64,000 nt of DNA. Origin: an uncultured Candidatus Rokubacteria bacterium. GTDB lineage: Bacteria > Methylomirabilota > Methylomirabilia > Rokubacteriales > CSP1-6. The notes beneath the pieces were generated by a model that saw only the letters and a list, made by a program, of their open reading frames with translations, had not been told where the DNA came from and ran no database searches. The position numbers and the translations under genes were made by a program. This document shows positions 12,559 through 23,626 of this stretch, one piece after another. Each line of letters begins with the position of its first letter. Positions within the stretch are counted from its first letter, which is position 1. The stretch lies in NCBI GenBank assembly GCA_963789955.1, contig CAWBMV010000006.1, forward strand, positions 320,001 to 384,000. The letters run 5' to 3'.

Positions 12559-15500
12559 ATGAAGAGCGATAAGCGGTTTGGGATTTTTGCGGTTGCCGTT
12601 GCTGTTGTCCTCGCGCTGTTCGGCTCGCCTCGGACCGCCAGCGGAGCTGTCACTTTCGTTCAGGCCGTGGGCGCGACCGATGACGCCGCTGCCGCTTCAG
12701 TAGCGCGCGCTTTCACCAGCACCAATACGGCCGGCAACCTCATCGTCGTTGCTGTCAGCTGGGGCGACCGGACGGCGCCCGCTGTCAGCGCGACCGACAC
12801 CCTCGGCAATATCTACTTCCTCGCCACCAACGACTTCGACCCGGGCAAGCGCCAGGGCCTCGCGATCCTCTTCGCCCCGAACATCCGAGCCGGAGCGAAC
12901 ACGGTCACCGTCAACTTCGGGGCGGCGAACGGCTATCGGCGAATCATCGTCAGCGAGTACAGCGGAGCCGCGACCGCGTCCCCGCTGGATGCCACGGCCA
13001 AGAATCGCGCGAACGGCACGAAGACCGCCAACGCCGTCACCAGCGCCTCGGCCACGACGACCGCGAACGGCGACCTGATCTTCGGCGCGGTCATGGACGA
13101 TTCGGGGTTTTTCGGCACGATCACGGCTGGGACCGGGTTCACGCGACGGGCGATCGTCAACAACGTAGACATGGCGACCGAGGACCTGGTCCAGGCCGCC
13201 GCCGGTCCGGTTGCCGCAACGTTCACGTTCAGCCGGGCCGACACCTATCTGGCCCAGATGGCCGCCTTCAAGGCGGCGCCGGCGGGGGGTGGAGGCCCCG
13301 CCGCCTCTTCGCTCGTCTGCGCTCCCTCGAGCCTGACGGCGGGCGCCTCGACGACTTGTACCGTCACGTTGAGCGCTCCGGCGCCGGCGGGGGGAAGTAC
13401 CGTCGCGTTGTCGTCCAACAACGCCGCCGCGCTGCCGGTGCCCGCATCTGTGACCGTACCGGCCGGGGCGACGTCTGCTGCCTTCACGGCAACGGCTGCG
13501 ACGGTCACGGCGGCTCAGACAGTCACCGTCTTCGCCACCCTTGGCGGCAGCGCCACCGCGACGGTCACCGTCACGCCTCCACTCCGGGTGTCCTCGCTCG
13601 TCTGCAATCCGACGAGCATCACCTCGGGAGCGTCGACGACGTGCACCGTCAATCTGAATCAGGCCGCCCCCACCGGGGGGAGCGTCGTCGCGCTCAGCTC
13701 GAACAACCCGTCAGTCCTGGGCGTGCCGACGTCTGTGACGGTGCCTGCCAGCGCGACGTCGGCCGCGTTCACGGCGGCCGGCGGCTCGGTCGCGACGACG
13801 CAAACGGCCGTCGTGACAGCGACGCTCGGCGCCAGTGCCACGGCAACCGTGACCGTCAAACCAGTCCTGAGCGTCTCGTCGCTGGTCTGTAGTCCGACGA
13901 GCGTCACATCAGGCGCCTCGACCACCTGCACGGTCAGCCTCAATCAGAACGCACCCGCGGGCGGCAGCGTTGTGGCCCTCGGCTCGAACAGCGCAGCGCT
14001 ACCCGTCCCGGCCTCCGTCACCGTTCCGGCCAACGCTCAGTCGGCGACATTCACGGCGACAGCCGCGTCGGTGGGCGCGGCTCAGACCGCCACGGTGACC
14101 GCGACGCTCGGCGCCAGCACCACCGCGACCGTGACGGTCACACCGATCCTCAGCGTGTCGTCGCTCGTCTGCAGTCCGACGAGCATCACGTCGGGCGCGG
14201 CGACCGCGTGCACCGTCAATCTCAATCAGAACGCCCCAGCAGGCGGGGGAGTAGTGGGGCTCGCTTCGAACAACGCGGCATTACCCGTTCCGGTTTCGAT
14301 CACCGTGCCGGCCGGCTCGGCGGCGACTACGTTCACGGCGACCGCCGCGTCGGTCGCGTCCCCTCAGACGGTGACCGTGACCGCCACGCTCGGCGCCACT
14401 GCCACGGCGACCGTGACCGTCGCCCCCATCAACCCCAACGTGTCCTCGCTGGTCTGTAGCCCGACGAGCGTGACGTCCGGTGCCTCGACGACGTGCACCG
14501 TCACCCTGGATCTGGCGGCGCCGGCGGGTGGGAGAACCGTTGCGCTCGGCTCGAACAATACGACGGTACTGCCCATCCCGGCCTCCGTGACGGTCGCTGC
14601 TGCCACGAATTCGGCGACGTTCAGCGCCACGGCCGCATTGGTAGCGACGGCGCAGATTGTGACCGTCACCGCGACGCTCGGCGCCAGCAGCACGGCAACC
14701 GTGACCGTCACACCTCCAAGCCCGAGCGTCTCGTCGCTCGCGTGCGCTCCCGCGAGCCTGCCGTCGGGCGCGACGACCACATGCACGGTCACGCTGAATC
14801 TGGCGGCGCCCGCGGGTGGAAGCACCGTCGCGCTCGGGTCCAACAACCCCGCCGCGCTGGCGGTCCCGGCGTCCGTCGTCGTACCCGCGAGCACCACGTC
14901 GACGACATTCGCGGCCAGCGCCGGAACGGTAGCCGGGGCTCAGACGGTCACCCTGAGCGCAACGCTCGGCGGCAGCACGACCGCGACCGTGACCGTCACG
15001 CCCGTTCTCGGCGTGTCCTCTCTGGTCTGCTATCCGGCGACCGTCACGTCGGGCGCTTCCACGACGTGCACCGTCACGTTGAACCAGGCAGCCCCCGCCG
15101 GCGATGGCACCGTCACGCTCGCCTCGAGCAACACCACGGTGCTGTCGGTGCCGGCCTCGGCGACCGTCGCGGCCGGGGCGACGTCGGCCACCTTCACGGT
15201 GACGGCCGGCTCGGTCGCGGCGCCTCAGCCCGTCACCGTGACGGCGACGCTCGGCGGAAACGTCGCCGCGACCGTCACCGTCACGCCCATCACCATCGTG
15301 TCGACGCTCGCGTGCACCCCGTCGAGCGTGACCGCGGGCACGTCGACGGCGTGCACTGTCACGTTGAATCAGGCCGCGCCGACCGGCGGAACCGCCGTCA
15401 CGTTAGCCTCGAGCAATGCCACTGCGCTGCCGGCGCCGGCGTCGGTGACCGTGCCGGCCGGCGCGGCGTCGACCACGTTCACGGCGACGTCCGGCTCGGT

Positions 15501-18500
15501 GGCGACGCTGCAACCCGTGACCTTGACCGCCACGCTCGGCGCCAGCAGCGCGACCGCCACCGTGACGGTCGCGCCGAGCCCGAGAGTGTCCTCGCTCGCA
15601 TGTGCGCCGGCCAGCCTGACGTCGGGCGCTGCGACGACGTGCACGATCACCTTGGATCAGGCGGCGCCCGCCGGCGGCAGCACCGTCACGCTCGCGTCGA
15701 ACAACACCACCGCGTTGCCGGTCCCGGCTTCGCTGACCGTACCGGCCACCACGACCACGGCGACGTTCACGGCCACCGCGGGCTCCGTCGCGGCCTCTGA
15801 GACCATCACCGTGACCGCAACGCTCGGCGGCAGCACCATCGCGACCGTGACCATCACGCCAGCCCTCGGCGTGTCCTCGCTCGTCTGCAGCCCGACGAGC
15901 GTGACATCGGGCGCCTCCACGACTTGCACCGCGACCTTGAATCAGGCGGCGCCGACCGGCGGAAGCGCGGTCATGCTCGCGTCGAGCATCCCGGCCGCGC
16001 TGCCGGTGCCCGCCTCGGTGAGCGTACCGCCCGGCGCGACGTCCGCGACGTTCACGGCACCCGCCGGCACGGTGGCGACGGCTCAGACCGTGACGGTGAC
16101 CGCAACGCTTGGCGGGACCACCACCACCACCGTCATCGTCACGCCCATCACGAGCGTGTCGTCGCTGGCGTGTGCGCCGCCGAGCCTCGCCCCCGGCGCC
16201 GCCACCACATGTACCGTCACGTTGAACCAGCCGGCGCCCGCCGGCGGGAGCGTCGTCGCGCTCGCCTCCAGCAACGCCGCCGCGTTACCCGTCCCGCCGT
16301 CGGCCACTGTGCCGGCGAGCGCGACGGCGACCACGTTCACCACGACAGGCGGCGCAGTCGCGACGTCGCAGACCGTGACGGTGACCGCGACCTTGGGCAG
16401 TAGCGCGACCGCGACCATCACCGTCGCGCCGAACCCGTCCGTATCCGCGCTCGCGTGCGTGCCGACCACCGTCGCGTCAGGCGCGGCGACGACATGCACC
16501 GTCACCTTGGATCAAGCGGCCCCGGTCGGCGGAAGCGCTGTCATGCTCGCGTCGAACAACACAGCCGCGTTGTCTGTGCCCGCCTCGGTCGCGGTCGCAG
16601 CTGCGGCAACGTCCGCCACATTCACGGCGACGGGCGGCTCGGTCGCGACGCCGCAAACCGTGACCCTGACGGCGACGTTCGGTGGGAACAGCACCGCGGT
16701 GGTCACCGTCACTCCCAATCCCGCCGTGACATCCCTCGCATGCGCGCCAACGAGCGTGACCTCAGGCACGTCGACGACGTGCACCGTCACGCTGGATCAG
16801 CCGGCCCTCGCCGGCGGGAGCACCGTCGGGATCTCGTCGAACAACACCACCGCGTTACCGGTCCCGGCTTCGGTCACGGTGCCGGCCAGCACGACGTCGA
16901 CCACGTTCACGGCCACTGCCGGCACGGTGGCCGCGTCTCAGACGGTCACGCTCACCGCAACACTCGGCGGCAATACCACCGCGACGGTGACCGTCACGCC
17001 GAGCCTCGCGGTGTCGTCGCTGGCGTGCGCTCCGGCGAGCCTCAACCCCGGCGTCGCGACCACATGCACCGTCACGTTGAATCAGGCGGCGCCCGCCGGC
17101 GGAAGCCCGGTGACGCTCGCCTCGAGCAACACCACGGCGCTGCCCGTTCCGGCGACCGTCACCGTGCCGGCCGCCACGACCTCGACCACGTTCACGGCGA
17201 CCGCGGGCTCGGTCGCGACATCCCAGACGGTCACCGTGACTGCGACGCTCGGAGGCAACACCACCGCGACCGTCACCGTGACGCCAGGCCCGAGCGTCTC
17301 GTCTCTCGCATGCGCGCCCTCGAGCGTGACGTCAGGGGCGAGCACGACGTGCACGGTCACGCTGGATCAGGCCGCGCCGGCCGGTGGAAGCGCCGTCACC
17401 CTGGCGTCGAGCAACACCACGGCGCTACCCGTACCCGCGTCCGTGACGGTTCCCGCCGCGACGAATTCGACGACGTTCACGGCGGTGGCCGGCTCGGTGG
17501 CCACCTCTCAGACCGTCACCGTGACCGCAACGCTCGGCGCCAGCGCTCCGACCTCGACGGTGACGGTCACCCCGAGCCTCAGCGTGTCCTCGCTCGCCTG
17601 CGCTCCGCCGAGCGTCGCTGGCGGCACCCCCACGACGTGCACCGTTGCCCTGGCTCAGCCCGCGCCGAGCGGCGGGAACACGGTCACGATCGCCTCGAAC
17701 AACACGACCGCGCTACCGGTACCGGCGTCCGTCACCGTGCCGGCCGGTGCGACGTCCACGACCTTCACGGCCACGGCCGGCTCGGTGGCGACGTCTCAGA
17801 CTGTCATCCTGACCGCTACCCTCGGCGGCAGCACCACGACCGCGACCGTGACCGTCACGCCCGGCGGGGCGAGCGTGTCGACGCTCGTGTGCGCTCCCGC
17901 GAGCGTTGCGTCGGGCGTCTCGAGCACGTGCACGATCACATTGACCCAGGCGGCGCCGAGCGGTGGAAGTGTCGTCACGCTCGCTTCGAGCGACACGTCC
18001 GCGCTGACCATCCCGGCTTCGGTGACCGTACCCCCCGCGATGAGCACCACCATGTTCACGGCGACCGCGGGGACGGTCGCGGCGACCCAGGCGGTGACGG
18101 TGACCGCGACGCTGGGTGGCAGCACGACCGCGACCGTGACCATCAACCCGGTCGCGCTGGTCTCGCTGGCGGTGACCCCCGCCAATCCGTCGATCGCGGC
18201 GGGCACCACGGTGCAATTCACCGCCACCGGCACGTACAACAATGGCGGCTCCCAGAATCTGACGACGTCGGTCACGTGGAGCTCGTCGGCGACCGGCGTG
18301 GCGACGATCAGCGGCACCGCCGGCAGTCAGGGACTCGCGACCAGCGCGTCGCCGGGAACCACAACGATCAGCGCGGTGTCCGGCTCGGTCTCCGGATCGA
18401 CGCCCCTGACCGTGACCCCGGCCATCGTTCCGATCACCTTCGTGCAGGCGGGCACCGCGACGAGCGACACCGCGGCCACGTCGATCGCTCGGGCCTTCAC

Positions 18501-21320
18501 GGCCAACAACACGGCGGGCAATCTCATCATCGTCGCGGTGAGCTGGGGAGATCGCACGGCCGCGTCCATCAACGCGACCGATACCCTCGGCAATACCTAT
18601 TTCGTCGCCACCAACGATTTCGACACGAACAATCGCCAGGGCCTCGCGATCCTCTTCGCTCCGAACATCCGGGCCGGCGCGAACACCGTCACGGTCAACT
18701 TCGGCGCGTCGAACGCCTACCGTCGGATCGTGGTCAGCGAATACAGCGGGATCGCCACCTCGTCTCCGCTCGACGGGGTCGCCAAGAATCGCGCCATCGG
18801 AACCACCGCCGCCAACGCGATCACCAGCACGGCGGCCACGACCACCGTGAACGGTGATCTGATCTTCGGCGTCGCCATGGACGACTCGGGCTTCTTCGGG
18901 ACGATCACCGCCGGGACGAACTTCACCCGGCGGGCGGTCGTCAACAACATCGACATGGCCACCGAGGACCGGGTTCAGGCGACGGCCGGCTCGGTCGCGG
19001 CCACCTTCACGTTCAGCCGGGCTGACGCCTACCTGGCGCAGATGGCCGCCTTCAAGCCGATGTCAGCGGGTGGGGGAGGCGGCGGCGCGCCCAGTGTGTC
19101 ATCGCTCGCGTGCGCGCCCGCGAGCCTCGTCTCGGGCGGCACGACGACTTGCACGGTCACCCTGACGCAGGCAGCCCCGACCGGTGGCAGTGTCGTGACC
19201 CTCGCGTCGAACAATCCGAGCGCGCTGCCCGTGCCCGCCTCGGTGACGGTCCCTGCCGGCTCCGGGTCGGCGACCTTCACCGCGACGGCCCCGACCGTGA
19301 CCTCGCCGCAGACGGTAACCGTGACCGCCACACTCGGCGGTACCGCCGCCGCGACCTTGACGGTGGGCTCCAGCAGTACGAGCGTGTCGTCACTCGCGTG
19401 CGCACCTGCGAGCCTGGCGTCAGGCACCTCGACGACGTGCACGATCACGCTGACCCAGGCGGCGCCTGCCGGCGGCAGCACCGTTACCTTGTCCTCGAAC
19501 AGCGTTGCGGCGCTGCCCGTGCCCGCGTCGGCCACCGTCCCTGCGACCGCGACGTCGATCACTTTCACGGCGACGGCCGGCGCAGTGCCCACCCCGCAAA
19601 CAGTCACGGTGACGGCAACACTCGGCGGCAGCGCCAGCACGACTGTGACCGTGACCCCCGGGAGCCCGAGCGTCTCGTCCCTCGTGTGCTCGCCGTCGAC
19701 CCTGACGTCCGGCGCGTCGACCCTTTGCACGGTGAACCTCACGCAGTCGGCCCCGGCCGGTGGGAGCACGGTCTCGCTGTCGTCGAACAACACACCCGCA
19801 CTGCCGGTGCCCGCGTCCGTGACGGTGCCGGCCAGCTCGACGTCGGCCACCTTCACGGCGACGGCCGGAACGGTGACGACGCCACAAGCGGCGAAGGTGA
19901 CGGCGACGCTCGGCCCGACCTCCACCAGCACGACCTTGACCGTGGCCTCGAGCCAGGCGCAGCTCAAAGGGGCGTGGTCCGGGCCGTTCACGTGGCCGAT
20001 CGTCGCCGTGCACATGGCGATGCTGCCCACGGGCAAGGTCATGGCGTGGGACCTGGACAACAACGCAGTGCAGCTCTGGAATCCGGCCACGGACGTCTTC
20101 ACCGACGTCACGAACACCGCCGAGAGCTTCTCGTTCTTCTGCACGGGTCAGACGGCGCTGGCCGACGGGAGAATCCTGATCGACGGCGGCCACGTCAACT
20201 GGGACGTCGGGAGCCGTCACGCCAACGCGTTCAATCCCGTGACGCAAACGTGGACCCCGCTGGCGCAGATGGCGGTCGAGCGCTGGTATCCCACCGTCAT
20301 CACGTTGGCCGACGGGCGTGTCCTGGCCGTGGCGGGACACACGACCTGCAAGACATGCGTGGCGCAAACGCCGGAAGTGTACGACCCGGTCGCGAACACC
20401 TGGACGCAGCTCCCCGGCGCCAAGACAGGGATTCCGACGCAGTATCCGCACATGTACGTCCTGCCCGACGGGCGTGTCCTGCAGGTCGCCTCGTCGGAAG
20501 AAGTGATTCCCACGAGGGTCCTGGACCTGACGACACAAACGTGGACGACGGTCGATCCCAATCCTCTCGACGGCGGAAGCTCGGTGATGTACTTGCCCGG
20601 GAAGGTGATGAAGTCCGGCGCGGCGTGGGACGACGGCAACGGCAATCCAACCAACGGCACGTATGTGCTCGACATGACTCAGCCCGCGCCGACCTGGCGA
20701 CAGACCATCGGCATGACGTTCCCGCGACTCACGCACAACCTGACGCTCTTGCCGGACGGCACCGTGCTGGTCACCGGCGGCTCCACCAACTCGTACATCT
20801 CCGATCCGGCTTCCGTGGTCTATGACGCCGAGCTCTGGTCACCGGTGACCGAGACCTGGACGACGATGGCGTCGAGCTACAGGTACCGCGGATGTATCAC
20901 TCGACGGCCCTGCTGCTGCCCGACGGCCGTGTGCTGAAGGCCGGCGGCGGGCGATTTGGCGGCACGGGACCCGGCGCCGACCAGTTCAGCGCGGAGATCT
21001 ATTCGCCGCCGTACCTGTTCAAGGGTGTGCGGCCAACCATCACGTCGGCTCCGGCCGCGATCGGGTACGGGTCGACGTTCACGATCGCCACCCCGGACGC
21101 GGCACAGATCGCCGCGGTGTCCCTCGTCCGCCTCGGAAGCGTGACCCACACGTTCAACAGCGGTCAGCGCTTCCTGCCCTTGGCCTTCCAGCCGATCGCC
21201 GGAGGCTTGAGCGTGACGGCGCCGCTCAGCGGGAACCTCGCGCCGCCCGGCTACTACATGCTCTTCATCGTGAACACCAATGGCGTGCCGTCGGTCGCGC
21301 CGTTCGTGCAGATTCAATAA
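12559..21320 (+). CDS. Giant secreted protein (~2,900 aa): signal peptide, duplicated 208-aa domain, 20 Ig-like repeats, Big_2-like domain, C-terminal galactose-oxidase-like kelch + DUF1929 domain; indel near 20875
   Basis: ORF 12559..20937 plus 20892..21320; GGAGG RBS; FFC, RWYP, RMYHS, VTHTF and PPGYYMLF motifs of AA5 copper-radical oxidases. Confidence 0.9.
13306..18150 (+). repeat. 17 tandem ~95-aa (~285-nt) intragenic Ig-like repeats
   Basis: Consensus SSLxCxPxSxxSGxxTTCTVTLxQAAPAGGSxVxLxSNNxxALPVPASVTVPAxxTSxTFTATAGxVAxxQTVTVTATLGGxxTATVTVTP, counted by eye. Confidence 0.9.
19099..19950 (+). repeat. 3 further copies of the ~95-aa Ig-like repeat
   Basis: Same consensus, located between the second 208-aa domain and the oxidase domain. 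Confidence 0.9.
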
Positions 21321-21345
21321 GCGGACCACCGCGCCGTCAGGCGAC

Positions 21346-21374
21346 TTGACTCCGCGCCGGCCGCGCACTACGGT
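21346..21374 (+). promoter_or_regulatory. sigma70-type promoter for the VOC gene
   Basis: TTGACT-N17-TACGGT. Confidence 0.5.
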
Positions 21375-21409
21375 CGGGGCAACGTCATCCCGAGCGGCGG
21401 AGGTCGTCC

Positions 21410-21928
21410 ATGGCCATCAAGCTGATCCATCACGTCAACGTCCAGGTGAGCGACCGCGAGCGCACGCGCGCCTGGTACGAGAAGGTCCTCGGCGCCGAGT
21501 TCCTCGACCGCGGTCCGGCGCTCAACAGGCGGCAGCTCCAGCTCAGGCTCGGCTGCGGCGAGATCCATTTCACCGTGACGCCGCGGCCGGTCATCCCGGC
21601 GTCGAGCCACTTCGCGATCGAGGTCGACGACTGGGACGCCACGATGGCGCACCTCGACACGCTCGGCATCCAGCACGTGCGGACGTCGGCCGCGAGCACC
21701 GGCACCGACATCGGCGGCACGGACCCGCGGCAGGGGCGGCGGGAGGACAGCAGCGAGCACTACGCGTACATCGAGGACCCCGACGGGAACTTGATCGAGC
21801 TCGTCAACCATCCGCTCGGGCTACAGGATTCTCAGGGCCGCAAGGTCGAGGTCACGCACGATCCCAAGGGGCTCCGCTGGGTCCAGATTCCCGGCTTCGT
21901 CGAGGCAGAGACCGCGCGCGAGCGCTGA
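21410..21928 (+). CDS. VOC/glyoxalase-family protein
   Basis: IHHVNVQVSD..RAWYEKVLG, HFAIEVDD, YIEDPDGNLIEL; GGAGG RBS. Confidence 0.88.
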   Translation: MAIKLIHHVNVQVSDRERTRAWYEKVLGAEFLDRGPALNRRQLQLRLGCGEIHFTVTPRPVIPASSHFAIEVDDWDATMAHLDTLGIQHVRTSAASTGTDIGGTDPRQGRREDSSEHYAYIEDPDGNLIELVNHPLGLQDSQGRKVEVTHDPKGLRWVQIPGFVEAETARER

Positions 21929-21941
21929 AGCAGAAGCCCCG

Positions 21942-22877
21942 GTGAAGATCGCGACGCCCGATCTCGTCACGAACTCGTATTTCCCCGCGCTGGCGGCCGA
22001 AGAGCTCGGGCTGTATCGCGACGAGGGGATCGACGCCCACGTCGAGTTGTTACCCTCGCTCGACGCCGTAAATGCCCTGCGCGATGGCGCCGTCGACTTC
22101 GTGGCCGGTGGCGCGCACACCACGTTGCTCGCCTTCCCGGGCTGGAAGGGCGCGAAGCTCGTCGTCGCCCTGTCTCAGGGGACTCCGTGGCTCCTGGTCC
22201 TGCGTGCCGACCTGCCGGCGCGCCGCGGCGACGTCTCGGCCGTCAAGGGCCTCCGCATCGGTGCGGCGCCGGGCCCCGACCGAGTGTTCCTGCGGCTCCT
22301 CCAGGAGTCCGGCATCGATCCCGCACGCGACGGGATCGCGATCGCTCCGGTGCCCGGCGGGACGGATCCGGGCGCGTCGTTCGGCGTCACCGCCGCCGAA
22401 GCGCTCGAGCGCGGCACGGTCGATGGGTTCTGGGCGAACGCGCTGGGCAGCGAGACCGCCGTGCGGCGCGGCGTCGGCAAGATCGTCGTCGACGTCCGGC
22501 GCGGCGACGGCCCGCCCGGGGCCGGTCAGTACACGCTCGCGGCGCTCTCGACCACCGAGGCGCTGATCGCGCGCCAGCCGGAGCGCGTCGCGGCGGCGGT
22601 GCGCGCGATCGTTCGCGCGCAGGACATCCTTCGAAAAGATCCGGGCCGGGCGACCGAGATCGGACGCAGACGATTTCCGCCGGCAGCGTCGGAGATCATC
22701 GCCGCGGTCGTGGAGCGCGACCTTCCGTTCTACGATCCTGCGATCGGCGAGCCGGCGGTCTCCGTCATGAACGGCTTCGCCCGCTCGCTCGGGCTCCTGA
22801 CTGCGCCGGTCTCCTACGAAGACACGGTCGCCACGCGCTTCCGAGATCTCTGGCTTCCCTCGAGCCGTCCGCGGTAG
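21942..22877 (+). CDS. NitT/TauT (NMT1/THI5-like) substrate-binding-fold protein, no evident signal peptide
   Basis: YFPALAAEELGLYRDEGID, ALRDGAVDF, VKGLRIG, PERVAAAVRAIVRA. Confidence 0.8.
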   Translation: MKIATPDLVTNSYFPALAAEELGLYRDEGIDAHVELLPSLDAVNALRDGAVDFVAGGAHTTLLAFPGWKGAKLVVALSQGTPWLLVLRADLPARRGDVSAVKGLRIGAAPGPDRVFLRLLQESGIDPARDGIAIAPVPGGTDPGASFGVTAAEALERGTVDGFWANALGSETAVRRGVGKIVVDVRRGDGPPGAGQYTLAALSTTEALIARQPERVAAAVRAIVRAQDILRKDPGRATEIGRRRFPPAASEIIAAVVERDLPFYDPAIGEPAVSVMNGFARSLGLLTAPVSYEDTVATRFRDLWLPSSRPR

Positions 22878-22897
22878 ACCGCGCGGCGCCCTCGGTC

Positions 22898-23536
22898 TCA
22901 GCCCTCGAGGACTTCGACCGGATCTCCGAGGGCAACGCGTCCGGGCTCGATCACACTGCAGTCGAGCGCCAGCCGGCCACCCCGCTCGCGGACGATGCGG
23001 CGCAGCACGGAAACGTCCTGGACCTGCGTGTCCGGATCGTACGTCGTCATCACGCACCGCTGGCGAAGCGACGCGACGGCGATGATCGCCTTGCCGATCC
23101 GCAACCGCTTGCCCGGCCACGACTGCTCGGCGTCGGCGGTGGCACCGCTGACCAGGATGTTCGGGCGGAATCGCCGGCGATCCATGCCGAGCGCGGCGAT
23201 GGCGCCATCGGTCGCGACCAACAACGGGAGCACGTCGAAGCGCTCCGGCCCGTCGAAGCGCGCCAGCCGAGCCTGCTCGCCGACGGCCCGGCGAACTCGC
23301 GCGGCGATCGTCTCCGAGCTCCAGGGCTCGCCGTCCACGAGCGGCTCGCCGTCAGGCCCGAGGCTCACCCGAAATCCGAGCAGGGCCGGATGGCTTCGGG
23401 CCGTGAGGACCTGACGGTCGTCTCGCGCGTGAACGACGCGATCGCCCGGGACTCCGTCGGGCGTGAGCAGGGTGACCTCGAGCTGCTCACCGCCCATCGA
23501 CTTCACGGGATAACGCCAGATCTCGCCGACGACCAT
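22898..23536 (-). CDS. MOSC-domain protein
   Basis: VGEIWRYPVKSMGGE, GVPGDR, RRFRPNILV, RCVMTT. Confidence 0.9.
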   Translation of the reverse strand: MVVGEIWRYPVKSMGGEQLEVTLLTPDGVPGDRVVHARDDRQVLTARSHPALLGFRVSLGPDGEPLVDGEPWSSETIAARVRRAVGEQARLARFDGPERFDVLPLLVATDGAIAALGMDRRRFRPNILVSGATADAEQSWPGKRLRIGKAIIAVASLRQRCVMTTYDPDTQVQDVSVLRRIVRERGGRLALDCSVIEPGRVALGDPVEVLEG

Positions 23537-23626
23537 CGCCTTTTCGCGCTCCTTTTGGAGCGAGACGGGCTCGCTCCACCGTTTAGACCGCCGCTGGCCG
23601 CCGAGGGATTCGGGCGCGACGACCCG

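Noticed and set aside
13306..19950. Tandem DNA repeats as a CRISPR array or assembly collapse
   Set aside because: Units are ~285 nt, in frame and divergent at synonymous sites, with no repeat-spacer structure and no cas genes.
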